A DNA stretch of 63,332 nucleotides, filler included, from Octopus bimaculoides (lineage: Eukaryota): NCBI RefSeq assembly GCF_001194135.2. It is 6 parts of 5 records of this genome, joined end to end, with 100 filler letters (N's around TTAATTAATTAA, not from the genome) between each part and the next. Parts side by side here need not be neighbours in the genome. Positions count along the whole stretch, not along the records: positions 20,584 to 41,453 come from NC_068981.1; 5 more parts are not named here. The stretch is one strand, 5' to 3'. Numbering within the stretch: the first letter of the stretch is position 1; each line of letters starts with the position of its first letter. The notes below the pieces were generated by a model that was not told the DNA's origin, did not search any database, and saw nothing but the letters and a program-made list of their open reading frames with translations. A program made the translations under genes and the position numbers. Below, in pieces: positions 22,697 to 37,170 of the stretch.

Positions 22697-23679
22697 NNNN
22701 NNNNNNNNNNNNNNNNNNNNNNNNNNNNNNNNNNNNNNNNNNNNNNNNNNNNNNNNNNNNNNNNNNNNNNNNNNNNNNNNNNNNNNNNNNNNNNNNNNNN
22801 NNNNNNNNNNNNNNNNNNNNNNNNNNNNNNNNNNNNNNNNNNNNNNNNNNNNNNNNNNNNNNNNNNNNNNNNNNNNNNNNNNNNNNNNNNNNNNNNNNNN
22901 NNNNNNNNNNNNNNNNNNNNNNNNNNNNNNNNNNNNNNNNNNNNNNNNNNNNTATATATATAATCTTATGAAACAAAAACTACAAAATATATTGCAAAGT
23001 AATGTATTGCCATGTAAAAAAAATTATCAATCTAAAAGAAATCCTTTATTTCTCTGAGGCGTATCAAAACGAGTAAAAGTAATTTATGGGGCGTAAAAAT
23101 CCGCAGTCACTCATGTCTTTTATAATTCAGGAAAATTGTATTTTATGTCATTTTTGCCGTTTTTTGTTCGCAGAAAATCAACAGAAAGTCTAAAGTGCAA
23201 GCATTTCACAGACACAGAACGGTTCGTGTGTTCTCAAGATTATTATCTGTCCGCCTCACAATTTATATTACAAAATCATATCCATTACGTTATATAGATA
23301 GACACGTCTACGGAAGCTTTATTCTTTCTGTCCCTCCTTCTCTTGATGTTTTCTCTCTCCCTCCTCTCTTTCTGTGTCTCTTGTTCACTCTATCTCTCTT
23401 TTTGTCTCTGTTTCTGTCATATACACATATACATATATAATACAGTTCTTTTTTCTCATTATGGTTTTTCACATATACTATCTGCATATGCTTGTGTGCA
23501 TGGGTGCGGGTGTGCGCATGTGTGTGAGTCGATGCACGTATCTGTGAGTTTGTGTGTGCATATATACCTATATATCCACATGCGTACATAGTTATATGCT
23601 ACTATATATACTCATATGTTTGTATATATTCTATATTTGTAGGTATATAATAACATACATACAAGCATATGTATGAGAC

Positions 23680-23870
23680 CGCTAATTCCGACACATTTGT
23701 GTTCTCTCTACGTTTCTTTTCTCTCTCTCTTTCCATTTTACCTTCTAATCCATTTCTGTCGTAGAACGTAGGGTCGAAAGGTCAAAGGCTTTCCCATTCT
23801 TTCTGGGGGTCAAAATAATACACCTGCTTCTTGTTGCCCTGCCTGTCTTTATCTTTTGCTTTCTGACACA
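23680..23870 (+). repeat. Decayed copy of hammerhead-bearing repeat family
   Basis: tttCTGTCGT A GAAC gtag GGTC GAAA gg TC aaag; flanks resemble copies at 60590-60730 and 61470-61630. Confidence 0.55.
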
Positions 23871-25544
23871 TTTGTGTGTGTGTGTGTGCGTGCACATTTG
23901 ACTTCACAAACAAATGGAGAAATGTGACGAATTAAAAAGTAGGTTGAAAATATTAATTTTAGTGCATAGATTATTAAAAATATCATGCGGGTTATTAGGT
24001 GTTTCATGTTTTGATTTCTCATTTGCATATTGTAACGTTGGAAGTATTATAAAAATTATTAGTCGACGAAATTATATAAACACTTCTGACTGCGCTAAAT
24101 AGTAGATATAGGCTATCCTTCCTCTATTGGCTGAATTGTTTCAACTCCCAGGTATATTTGACAGGGTGGTACCGTTCCTGCTGTTTATAATTCATAACAT
24201 ATACGTGTGATGTATGTATCTGTCTTTGAACATTCCGTGGAGACTCTTCGTCCTGTCTTTCTCGTAACAGTGAAGTTCAGAAGAATGTTAAATTCAGTAG
24301 TTTCCGTGAAACTGGTATGAACTTTTTATGGTATAGGTACATGAGTTTACGTTTGCGTGTGTCATCTCCCTTTCCATGCTGGTATTTAATGATTTTATGG
24401 TGTATTTACTTTTGTGCGCGACGTAAGATATACAGTTTATCATTTTTAGTGAAAATATATTTTGCTTTGTTCCTCTTCGAGGAAACGCAAAGGCGAAACT
24501 TGCAGTCCCACTGAACGCTGAGACGAGTTGATAAATTTCACTCTCCTAATAGTATAAAGACACACCATCAGTAAATACTTGTCTCCCACAATTTTTATTG
24601 AATTACAGCACACGCACGAACGCAGTGTATAATATATATATATATATATATATATANNNNNNNNNNNNNNNNNNNNNNNNNNNNNNNNNNNNNNNNNNNN
24701 NNNNNNNNNNNNNNNNNNNNNNNNNNNNNNNNNNNNNNNNNNNNNNNNNNNNNNNNNNNNNNNNNNNNNNNNNNNNNNNNNNNNNNNNNNNNNNNNNNNN
24801 NNNNNNNNNNNNNNNNNNNNNNNNNNNNNNNNNNNNNNNNNNNNNNNNNNNNNNNNNNNNNNNNNNNNNNNNNNNNNNNNNNNATATATATAATATATTA
24901 ATATTTATATTTATATTACATGCACTCAATATATATACGTACATACATATACACATACGAACATATATAATTGGATATAGAAAGACAGATAGATAGATAG
25001 ATAGATATATTTGCATGGGGAATTATGCATAACACTAGAAATTCTGTTTTGCTTAAATTGCAACGATAATCTCCCATGTGCTATCAGTAGTCTTGCTATA
25101 ATCGTATTTATTAGTTCAAATCTACCGAAGAAATTCGCTGTCTGTAAAACCGCTGCCTGCAGAACTCCAGTAGTCTATATAAGAAGCAATGTAATTAGAT
25201 ATCAAGTTTCTTGCAATTTCGTAATGGAAGAATTTCATTTGGAAATTCTGTATAAAAACAAATGTTTTTCTTATTTTATTGTATGCAGTTTCTTATGTAT
25301 TTGTGTTAACTCTATTCATTCACTGTCCAGAGAAAGGAATGACATAAGCTGTTGAACATCGGACAAAATACGTTATTGTGTTTACTTATGGCTTTTTCTC
25401 GTTCTAAGTGGAAATCCTATCAAAGTCGATTGTACATTTCATCCCCTTGGGTTCAATAAAATAAGTGGCAGTCAAGCTCCCGGTTCCATTTAATCATTTG
25501 TACCTTTACGCACAAAATGTGTACTACTGTGCTCATGTTAGAAA

Positions 25545-25711
25545 TGTCGTCGTCGTCATGGTCGTCCTCCTCGTCGTCGTCGTCGTCGTCGTCGTCGTCC
25601 TCCTCCTCCTCCTCCTCCTCTTCTTCTTCTTCTTCTTCTTCTTCTTCTTCTTCTTCTTCTTCTTCTTCTTCTTCTTCTTCTTCTTCTTCTTCTTCTTCTT
25701 CTTCTTCTTCT
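25545..25711. repeat. Compound (GTC)n(CTC)n(TTC)n trinucleotide microsatellite
   Basis: Directly visible; produces the poly-E/S/K/F ORFs. Confidence 0.95.
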
Positions 25712-25904
25712 TGTCTGTGTAGTGGATTAGTAACATCGCTAGCGCGTCGTACAATATGATAAGCAGCATTTCTTACCGCCTTACCTTTAGATTTCAAATA
25801 CCACTGATGTCGACTTTGTCTTTCATCCTTTCGAGATCGATACAGTAAATACCAGTTGAACATTGATGTACTCGATTTTACCCCTTCTTTTAAAATTGCT
25901 GGTC

Positions 25905-26560
25905 TTGATTTTTTTCATGGTGATCTCTGACAACAATATACGGCCTATTGGCCTTAATTTCTCTATCTATGTGTATTGGCATATCCCAGAGTATGGTTGC
26001 TTTCTTATTTTCTGTGACCTTTTCTGGCGTATGCCTATGCCATCTTTTTTCTCTTGTTATTCCATAGTGTTGGCATAGTTTCCGGTGTATGTAGATCCCA
26101 TCTCTGTCGTGTCTGTAAATATGTTCCTTCTTAGCCAGGACTGGGCAACTAGAGAAAATATGATTTATTTTTTCTTCTCCATCTCCATATATTCTGCAAC
26201 TGTATTTCTTTTCATTACGTGTTTTTAGTAATTTCTGGTGGGAAGGCTTTGATCTTGTACTGCAATTAAAATCCTCCAGTCTCTCTTTTGAGTCCTGAGC
26301 TTCTCAGACATTGTTGGGATTTTGCTTTGTCTATTTCTTTTCTGTTTAGTTTAACCCAGTATTTACCATGGAGGGGTTTTTCTTGCAATCGTTTTATCAT
26401 GATCCGTTGCTGTTTTCAGTTTTAGTCTGGATTTCAGTTGTTTTACAGCTTATGCTGTTTCTTCTTTTACATCATAGTTGCTAGGTACTACGAATTCTTT
26501 TTTTGTATTTGTCAGTTTCCTTAAAGACTGAAAACAGTCTTTTGTTTTGTTCGTGTTTTT
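25905..26560 (-). mobile_element. R4/Dong-type (RLE) non-LTR retrotransposon fragment
   Basis: PLHGKYWVKLNRKEIDKAKSQQCLRSSGLKRETGGFLIAVQDQSLPTRNY..., degenerate CCHC region and YIHW motif. Confidence 0.8.
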
Positions 26561-26597
26561 TGGCAATTTGTATTATTATTAATAATTATAATTATTA

Positions 26598-26959
26598 TTA
26601 TTTCCTCCGCCTTTGCAGAGGTATTATTTTCAAGCGTATTTGTTTGTCCGTGGAAAAAATACCACAAGAACCGCTGGATGGATTCGGATGAAACTTTCAG
26701 AGATGTTTAGCCTCATTGTTGGGACGAACTAATTAAATTTTGGGATCTATCCAGTATCGGACAAGGATTCTGGATTATTTTTCCTGTTTTTGTTCACTTA
26801 ATTGTTGAGAGCGGTCGGGTTTATTTTTAGTATTCTCGTTTGTGAGAGCATTCGAGTTTATTTCAGATATTCTCATTTTAAAAATCATGTCTGGCTAATC
26901 GTTGAGAGGATGTTGGTGTAGCATAAGTGGAGGTTTGCCCTTTCTGAGTGCTCTTGTTA
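26598..26959 (+). mobile_element. Helentron-associated non-autonomous element (HINE/DINE-1-like)
   Basis: 5' cctccgcc and 3' gtggaggt sub-terminal inverted repeat; tttgtttgtcc and gatggattcggatgaaactt blocks; 3' ttctgagtgctcttgtt end. Confidence 0.65.
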
Positions 26960-26984
26960 CTACTATTATTATTATTATTGTTGT

Positions 26985-27320
26985 TGTTGTTGTTGACAAG
27001 GAATGCGATAAGGAGGAAAGAAAATTCAATAGATATGACAGGTTAGATTGGGAGGTTAAGCAGTTGTGGTCGCTGAAAAAGGCGGTAGTAGTACCACTAA
27101 TTGTCGGAGCCCTGGAAACAGTGAGTAAAAATCTTGAGGAGTACATGGAACAAATAGGGGCTGCAATAAGGGTGGAGCACTGGCAGAAAACAACACTGCT
27201 TGGAACCGCTCAAATACTCCGGATGGCGCTCGAAAAATAAGGGGCGTTACCTTGGTTCACTGGTAGTGAACAGCTGACACCATAGTACATCTCTAGCGTT
27301 AGAAGCGGTGCAAAGACAAT
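26985..27320 (+). mobile_element. R4/Dong-type RLE endonuclease 3' end
   Basis: KEERKFNRYDRLDWEVKQLWSLKKAVVVPLIVGALETVSKNL...QKTTLLGTAQILRMAL*, then an (AAT)n tail. Confidence 0.85.
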
Positions 27321-27321
27321 A

Positions 27322-27386
<65 letters not shown>

Positions 27387-28165
27387 GGCGACGATCTCGC
27401 AGAACATACCAGGCAAAATGCTTTGCGGCGTTTCGTTCGNNNNNNNNNNCTTCTTCTTCTTCTTCTTCTTCTTCTTCTTCTTCTTCTTCTTCTTCTTCTT
27501 CTTCTTCTTCTTCTTCTTCTTCTTCTTCTAAAAGTGCAGAGGGCCCGTAAAGATTAAAATGTATAAAAATTTGCTGTAAGTAACTCGATATATCGAGGTT
27601 CTGAATGGATACTGCACAACGTCCTCTTTATTTCATAATGCTTGATACCTGCCAATAACAGAAATACCAGTATTTAAAAACAGGCATTTTAACTTTTTGT
27701 CTGCCCTGCGTGTAACCTGTGATACACAAGACATATTTCGTAGGCGTCCGAGCTTGATAGAAGATAAACGTTTCCAATATTTTCCAACAAAACAGAGTAA
27801 GATGGAACAAATGAAAGAGAAGCTTTATACTCAACGTATGAAACAAGGGCTAAACTAATTAAATGAGAATCAAGAATGCATGTTTAGGACAAATTTATGT
27901 AAATGCTTCGGATAGGGAAAAGGTTAATCGAGCGCATCCTAACTGTGAGGAGGATTAGAATTTAGTTGATTATAATAGTTTATCAAAAATAAAATAAAGA
28001 AATGAAAAGGAGAAAGAGAATAAATAAATAGATGAAAAAGAAGAGAAATCAATTTATATTACACTCAGCGATTGAAATGGTGAACCTGGTTCTCTTATTG
28101 ATATTTCTTCCTTTCTATATTGGCATTTAGTAGATATATGCAGACACACATAAACACACACACAT

Positions 28166-28233
<68 letters not shown>

Positions 28234-28870
28234 NNNNNNNNNNNNNNNNNNNNNNNNNNNNNNNNNNNNNNNNNNNNNNNNNNNNNNNNNNNNNNNNNNN
28301 NNNNNNNNNNNNNNNNNNNNNNNNNNNNNNNNNNNNNNNNNNNNNNNNNNNNNNNNNNNNNNNNNNNNNNNNNNNNNNNNNNNNNNNNNNNNNNNNNNNN
28401 NNNNNNNNNNNNNNNNNNNNNNNNNNNNNNNNNNNNNNNNNNNNNNNNNNNNNNNNNNNNNNNNNNNNNNNNNNNNNNNNNNNNNNNNNNNNNNNNNNNN
28501 NNNNNNNNNNNNNNNNNNNNNNNNNNNNNNNNNNNNNNNNNNNNNNNNNNNNNNNNNNNNNNNNNNNNNNNNNNNNNNNNNNNNNNNNNNNNNNNNNNNN
28601 NNNNNNNNNNNNNNNNNNNNNNNNNNNNNNNNNNNNNNNNNNNNNNNNNNNNNNNNNNNNNNNNNNNNNNNNNNNNNNNNNNNNNNNNNNNNNNNNNNNN
28701 NNNNNNNNNNNNNNNNNNNNNNNNNNNNNNNNNNNNNNNNNNNNNNNNNNNNNNNNNNNNNNNNNNNNNNNNNNNNNNNNNNNNNNNNNNNNNNNNNNNN
28801 NNNNNNNNNNNNNNNNNNNNNNNNNNNNNNNNNNNNNNNNNNNNNNNNNNNNNNNNNNNNNNNNNNNNNN

Positions 28871-28907
<37 letters not shown>

Positions 28908-29462
28908 AATCATAATTTAATATCTCGACATATTTGCCTGACATATCAATATATTATACGTTTAAATAATCCACCTCATATGTATTCTCCAGCCAATGAA
29001 AGTAAAAAAAAAGGTAGAAAAATAATAAATTTCTTTAAAAAAATATAACAGACAGATATTCCTTGAATAGTTTTTAATGTTCCATTCTATTGGCGACAAG
29101 CGTCTTTATTATTCTAAAGGTGCATGTTGTTTCTGACAATTAGTCAAATATATTGCGGCATCAATATTCTAGCTTTTGTTCTATATCTCATAAACTGGCA
29201 GCATTTTTCACCGTTGACAGACACAGTGACCGCAACACCTTGAACTGGCGTATTACCAAAATATTTTCTATATATAACCATCGAGTTTCTCACATAATTA
29301 TTCCATGGAGGATAAAAGTTTTTCAGCTTGCACACGTATAAGCACACAGGCAGACAACATACAGGCACATAGGAAAGCATACACATCGTGTATGTATGTA
29401 TATAGGTATACATAACTGTATATGTGTGTGTGTGTTTAAATATATATGCATATATATATATG

Positions 29463-29507
<45 letters not shown>

Positions 29508-29565
29508 GTGTATATCTATATATATCTATATGTATGTATTATATATATATCTGTGCGTGCGTGCG

Positions 29566-29597
<32 letters not shown>

Positions 29598-29607
29598 NNN
29601 NNNNNNN

Positions 29608-29817
29608 AAATTATCAAGAAGAAGGAGAATGAAAATGTTTTTTTACAAAGAAGTACAAAATGAAGAAAATAATATATAAAACAATAATATATAAAAAAAG
29701 ACAATATAATGCATGGGTATATTTATTTTTTTATATATTGTTGTTTTATATATTATTTTCTTCATTTTGTACTTCTTTGTAAAAAAACATTTTCATTCTC
29801 CTTCTTCTTGATAATTT
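29608..29817. repeat. Near-perfect ~92 bp inverted repeat beginning at a gap edge
   Basis: 29608-29699 versus 29726-29817; one mismatch seen. Confidence 0.9.
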
Positions 29818-30019
29818 GCTTTTTCGCAATGAAAACCGGTTAGAAAAAATCTTTATTAAAATATGCTTCCAGTTCAGCATTCTGGCTTTTTCTCATTTTC
29901 CTATATATATATATATATATACATTTATGGCGTGCGATGAGTAAATTTTCACCATTTTATATTTTTATTTCGCACAAGTGCTTCGTTGTTATTTTTTATT
30001 TTATCGACTACAAAGTATA

Positions 30020-30720
30020 GTAGGGTCAGTTGGGCACCGTTAGTGAGAAAACAGCACCATGATGCAATTACCTCTGCCAGAAATTTTGAAACGACATGTT
30101 GTACTGCTTGCCATCGCGCCTAACCTCTAACAAGAAAATTTCAGAGAGTTTGGGTGTCATTCTGAAGACAGTGTATGTGCGGAGAGTGAGAGAGATCAAA
30201 CATCCAGTCAAAATCATGGTGTTTGGAGTGATCATTAGTGATGGTGACGTAATACCTCCATTTATCTTCCCACACGGCCTCACACTTAACAAGGAGGCCT
30301 ACATCATGTGCCTGGAAGAGGTATTGCTGCCCTGGGTCAAGAGAGTGGCAACAGGACTCTACACCGTGTCACACAATCAAGAGAGCCCAGTCATGGCTAT
30401 CAGACAATTTCTGCGACCACTTGTCCCTTAACATCTGGCCACCTAACTGCAATCCCTTGAATTCTATGTGTGGAGTGTAGTTGAGCGAGAGACCAGCAAA
30501 TCTCCTTGTACACCAAAGATGAACTGAAGGCAAGGATTATGACAACATTCACCAACTTAAAAAAGGAGACCGTCCAGAGGAGTTGCAGGAGAGTCCGAAG
30601 TCGTCTGAAGGCCGTGGTTGAAGTCAATGGCGATTTTATAGAATAAATTTACTCTTTACTAATGCAAGGTGTTTTTTGTGATTTTGGTAAATATATCTTT
30701 TAAAATATGATGTCAGGGTT
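30020..30720 (+). mobile_element. Internally deleted Tc1/mariner (maT/DD37D-like) transposase remnant
   Basis: N-terminus joined directly to KHPVKIMVFGVIISDGDVIPPFIFPHGL..., then after a frameshift WQQDSTPCH...WPPN..P, and KDELKARI...RLKAVVEVNGDFIE*. Confidence 0.9.
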
Positions 30721-30734
30721 ATTTTCATTTTTGC

Positions 30735-30776
<42 letters not shown>

Positions 30777-30924
30777 NNNNNNNNNNNNNNNNNNNNNNNN
30801 NNNNNNNNNNNNNNNNNNNNNNNNNNNNNNNNNNNNNNNNNNNNNNNNNNNNNNNNNNNNNNNNNNNNNNNNNNNNNNNNNNNNNNNNNNNNNNNNNNNN
30901 NNNNNNNNNNNNNNNNNNNNNNNN

Positions 30925-30976
<52 letters not shown>

Positions 30977-33900
30977 TTATGACAAATTCTTTGCTAAGAA
31001 GTGTTCAAAGATCACAGTAAGTCCGTAGCTGCCAATTAGCTTTCTAACAAATATCAGATTTTCCCACCTTTGAATGAAAATTCAATTTTCTATGAAATGA
31101 ATTCCTGAGTTTTCGAAATTATCTTCTCTTTTCTTAGGAAGTTTATAATAATTGATCCTAATTCCTGGTTTTAATACTAAAAGTAAATTTAATTTCAATT
31201 TGTATTTTTCAGCACACAATTCAGAGCACCCACTTTCTGTTGGAATTATAGAAATTCGTGTTGTAGGTACAGTTGAGTTGTTTCCCTTGCCTCACGCTAT
31301 GTAATTACCTAAGTTATACGGGCCAAAAGCCTGCCAACTGATCAAAACTGTCTTGGATAAACAATAATGTTTTTCTATAATTAACTACCCTGTATTAGGA
31401 AAATTCCTTGTCGGTGGTTTCGAACCTCAGAGAGGATATCTGAAGCCATAGTTTTAGAGATGCCACTTTATAGAGACGCTTACAATGGATTGTGATGTTC
31501 AGGTATCTAATAATTTTGAATGGTTCCAAAAGTAATTGCTATTAGTTTCAAAAGTTGCCCAATATTTCTGATTCCACTTTAAGAGATATCGCTGTGACGC
31601 AGGATCTGAAATCTTTTATTATTCCATGCCGCATTAAATTATAGCTTGGCTCTATTACTAGTGTTCCACCTTTTTAAATGCAAGCCATTTCCAGGTTTCT
31701 GAATTTCCAGGTTTCTGAATTTCCAGAGGAAATGTTTTATATTTATGCATTGAATTTAAAAACACACACACACACACACACACATACACACACACACACA
31801 TACACACACACACACTGTCCGCTGTATAATTCCTTTCAATATTGTCTACATATGCTATGGTTGCTTGGTGTACGACATTTTTAGAGACAGGGATTTATGT
31901 GCAGCTATATGACGGGATTCGACAAGGTTAGCTGATGGACGGCCATAATCTGCCCTCTTTCATTCAATAATACCAAAGCTACTATCCATATCAAGGAAAT
32001 ACACAATATAATAATACCCTCTCTTGAATTCAAAACTTAACTTTTTCTAAGGCTTTGAAGCTTGGTATGGATCTATCACTCCAAAATTTCGATCATTAAT
32101 ACCACTTATTTGCTTAGGTTAATTCTCACTCAGTTTATCTCATACTTTTGATCTTTTGGGTGTCTCCGTAATAGTAATATCGTTTGCACACGGAAACATT
32201 GACTCTCCTTATTTCAATCAACCAAGATGTCGTCCACATACAGTAACAATACTAACGGTTCGCGAGTAAAAAAAAAAAACAAAAACAAAACAAAACAATA
32301 ATTTGATTGTTTAGCTTAAATAGTTAATTTCGCTTAGTAAACTTGTGTTCTAATGTTTATTGATACACGTGTAAATTTTTGTTTTTCAGTTTTCTGCAAT
32401 CGATTCCATATGCACACTTTAATTGAAGACACAAGGAATATTACTTTTTTAATATCCGGAAAAATATCCCGTAATTTTCGGAGTGAGTAAATTGGATTTG
32501 ACATTCATTTACTTCCACAAGTCTTTAGGGAAATGATTGAAGAAAACCTGAAGTATTACTGAAAACTCATTACACAACCATCGGAGAAGAGAGATAATAA
32601 AATTTTGTTAAGGTTTATTATTCAGAGTAGCAAGATGCTCGATGTGACGAGGCAGCTCCGCATGTCTTATTATTGGTTCGAGCAATTTTATGCAATTTAT
32701 CTTCGCCAATAAAGCCCTGGATGAAAACATTACAGCTTAGTCATCTATTTCGACTATATAGTGAAGGGTCATTGAGCATTCGTAAAATAGAAAGCGAAAC
32801 AAATCCGTTGGTTCTTTATTGCTTACTGTTTCATTTTTGTGTTACACGCAGTCATTAGTCTGCGATTATTCTGGGACACCACCATATGAGTGTTTTAGTC
32901 GATCATGGCTATTTCACTACTTATTTCAACATAGTATTTCTCGAATGACTAAGTTAAGTTTTTGACGTATAGGAATGCACTTATGGACAGCATTTTACAG
33001 CGATTTACACACATAAACACACACCCGTACACACACACACACACGCACACACACGCACACACACACATATATACATACATATATACATACACGTGCATAT
33101 ATACATACACGTACATATATATATATACATATATATTTATACATCTATACATATTTGTGTATGGATATATGCATTTATGTATGCATGTAAGTATACATGG
33201 TCGGGCCGTTGATGACGAAACCGGTAATAGTTCCAAGCCTGCTTGGTAAAGAAGGTGGTCTTAGCAGTACACCGTACAGGACGAAAAAGAAAATCTCTCA
33301 AGAGGCAGATCATCTCAATAGAGTCAACGGCCATTCAACATTTTGGAGTGATTGAGCCCTAGTCTTTGATTAGACATCTTACTAAGCGCTTACAAAGCTC
33401 ACTTATATAAATTTTCGCTAATGAAGAGGAGCTCCTAAGTCATCACTTAATCTGAATACGGTTTTAACGGTGATCACATGACTGGGGAGATAGTAAAAGG
33501 ATATCTTAAGCTGAAGACCTGCTTCAAATACTTGCATTGAAGTGCACTCCGCTAAAGATACTCAATGGTTCCGTTGTAATTTTATAATGGGCGGACGGGA
33601 GATTTTATTACATAAATACAGGCCAATTTTCAGATACCTCCTTCGACATACACGTCCAATTTTCAGGTACATATTTTAACATACACGGCTTGAGTTAACG
33701 AGAACAATAGTAGAAGATACTCGCTCAAGATGTCGTAGAATAGGATAGAACCCGAACCTCAGTGTATCATCTGGTATTTCGTATGCTACAGAAAGAACGA
33801 AGTTCAATTGACTTTATCACTTATGCTTAATTATTGAATGTTTCATTTTTGCTTCTGAAGTTTTAAATTTTTCTCAAGGTCATTCTATTCACAATGGCAT

Positions 33901-34372
33901 GTGCTAATTGAGCATGGAAATACAAAGCAAGTTGTATGGAATGTAAAATATAATGTGTTTACATACATATATATAGAATGCAACAGAATTCCTTTTAGAT
34001 ATTGTGGACATTAACAGTATAAAAATATATACTTAAATATTGACTACAAATGCACAGAAAGAATTCATTTGCTATATTTACTTACCTTTTTTTTTATATT
34101 AACGTCGACTTAATATATTTTTAGTTTAGGTAACAGAATGGAAAGTTTTTAGCTGGTATTTCATTCGTCAATCACAGAACGATGAAAGGCATTCACTTTA
34201 GAGGCATTTACATTTTGACTTTAAAATGTTATGAAATGAAATCCTGGTGTAGGCAATTTTACATTATGTAACATCAATATTAGATATACACACCCGCGCA
34301 CGCACACACACAAACATAACACAGAGAGACACCGATACAGACACAGACACACAGAGACACACAGAGACACAG

Positions 34373-34458
<86 letters not shown>

Positions 34459-35049
34459 AAATGTCGACATTGCCACAAACATAATTCAACTGAACTGTAC
34501 AATCAATAAGCTGCGTTTCGATAAAATTCTTATCTCAAACGCATCAATGTAACAAACACAAACCATCTGAACAACACCAAATATATAAGAATAATGTTTG
34601 TAATGTCAGTTCGGTGCCCAGTTTGGAAACTAATATTTTGTCCGTAGGAGAAAGGAAAAGTAAATATCATATAATGGAAGTAAACATAAAATAGAATAAA
34701 AGTAAAGCAATTATCTTGATCAGTGCAAGAAATGTTAAAATATACTATCAAAGTCAGGGGTCTTTTTTGTGTTTTACTTTAAACGAGTAAGACTGCGTTG
34801 CTTAAGATATCAGGAACAAGATTTACGAAGAAGATAGTCGTCCGCTTCTAGAAAAGCAGTAATTGTTTTCAGATGAAATATTGGTTAAGTTTAAAACAAA
34901 TAAAACAGTTTTTATATGACATAGTAGTTGTCTCTTAAATTCTGCATTATTTGACATATTCGCTATGCTATACTGAGAAACATATCTTTTTTTCTCTTGT
35001 ATATATGACTGTACAAAACATACTCATATATCTATATATGTATGAATTT

Positions 35050-37170
35050 CAACTTAGATTAACTTAGATATGTTCAGGCCAAAATTGGACCAAGCCATGT
35101 ATTACTTAATAGTACTACCTGATCGAACTGGTAAGCCATTAAGTCGTGTTCTCTGGCATCATACCAATTCAAGTAGATATTTGTTGTTGACTGAAATGCA
35201 GCCAAGTATTAATGGCTTGTTTTGTATCCCTTGAAGAAATTTGTCCAGAAATCGTTTGGACATAACAGAATGTTTTTCTTCTTTGATTTGTTATGGGTTA
35301 AAAGTAGACTGAGCAGGGCTTGTAGAGTAAAAGTAACTGTATTGCAGTATATTTATGTGTTGTGCGCCTGATTTGTGTAGCGGACGAATGGTAAAGTTTT
35401 TAGACGTGGATGAATTTTAAACTTGATGTTAAGGTAGTTTAAGCACTGCTTGTGTCATATTCTCCATATTGTGAAAATGTTATAGCAGTCACGGCGACAT
35501 TGGAGATGAGAGTGTTTCAATTTTGAATGTGGTCTCAATAGTCAAGATCAGTCATGCCATATAATTTTCTTTTTTATAATTGCTCTCTAGTGTGCCTCAG
35601 TTCTCATAATGTTTTGTTTTAGTATGAGGAGCGCACAAGTGACAGTAATATTATTAGTGTGACCGTACAAAGGAGGGGAACACAAGCATGACACTGATGT
35701 CTGGCTCTCTGAAACGGAAAGTTCTGAGGATCTATGAGCGGATCGTGAGAGCTATGTTAACATTATTGATAATGTGAGCACCCCAGATGAGGCTGTTTTT
35801 AACAATTACTCCAAAGTCTCCAATATTATTTGATGCCATGAGTGTTTCCAAATTAAATAAGTCTAAATTTTCCCTCATTTAATGACATGCTGTTTTTACC
35901 AGCCCGTTGACATAAGCATGTAGATCAGACTGGAATTTTGTTCGGTCTTTTCCACTGGTAAGCTTTTGAAAATTGGTGTCATCTGCGAATATATTTATTT
36001 TCCTGTGCATGATAACATTTGAAATGTTATTTATATTGATTATAAAGGGAAGTGAGACACATAATCCCTCGAGGAACATCATTGGTGACTTTTGCTGAGC
36101 TTAGGTGGATTCCATTGATCATACCATGTTGGGTTCTGTTAGCCAGGAAATACTTGATCCCGTGCTGTAATTTTCCATGAATTCCGATGTCGGATAATAT
36201 TACGGGATATTGTGGGTGACATTGCTGAAGGATTTGTTGAAGTCAAGATATACAACATCAGAGTTTGAGTCCCTCCCAAAACTTAAGGATGTCATTAAAG
36301 TTGTGTAGAAGATATGTTAGGTTGTTTTTGATGCAACGAAAGCTATGTTGGTTGGAAGTTCAGAGATTATTGCATTCCAGCGATCAGTTATTCTTCATCT
36401 CATCATCATTTCAAATATGTTGGAGAGTGAGATTGGGTGATAGTTAATACTGTGTAACGTGTTTTCGTTTTCGAAAACTGTGATGACAAAATGGGATAAA
36501 GATATTTGGCTATGCAACCTGAGTCTAAAAACTTTTTACAAAGTCATCAGGACACTAGCACTGAATCAATCGAGGTCTGTTGCAGAATAATGATTGGTTT
36601 TGTTTAATGCTACAATGATGTCTGACGAGGTGAAAGTTATGTCGGAGATGATATTTTGGGGGATAATTTCATTATTAACCTCGGTGGGAAGACAGAGCGA
36701 TATTGTTTCAGTATGATCTCAGTCATTTCTTCAGCATCCTGTGAGAGAATGTTATCTATCAGCGTTCCTATGTTTGTTGACAAATGAGCAAAACAATTTC
36801 AGTTATGTTTGATTATTCAATAACAAATATTCTTTAGAAGCCCGTTGCTTGTTGATTTATGCTTTCATGCCGTTCTGCAAATGTTATTGTTTCAACTCAA
36901 GTGTTCTTATTTTGTTTGATTGCGGATGATTTAGGTTGTAGTATTTTAACTGATTAATTTTTTTATGGAGTCTTTTGATATTCTGATAAGTGTTTTGTTG
37001 TCTCTTGGGAGCCTACTTGTGTTTGTGTTTATGAGTGTTGTTGGAGTAGTGTTATGAAGATGTATTAGTGACAGTGTACTCAAATCACTGCCAAGTTGCT
37101 CAAATATCAGAAAAAGTGTGAATGAACGATCAGTCATCAAGCAACAGATCATAACTAATTACTCACCATT
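35050..37170 (-). mobile_element. Heavily decayed CR1/L2-group LINE RT region
   Basis: Minus strand KINIFADDT (~35975-36000), with upstream degenerate VYLDF and GVPQGS-like blocks; many stops. Confidence 0.8.

Noticed and set aside
25453-25863. Poly-E/D, poly-S, poly-K and poly-F ORFs
   Set aside because: Translations of a trinucleotide microsatellite beside a SINE; open in several frames on both strands.
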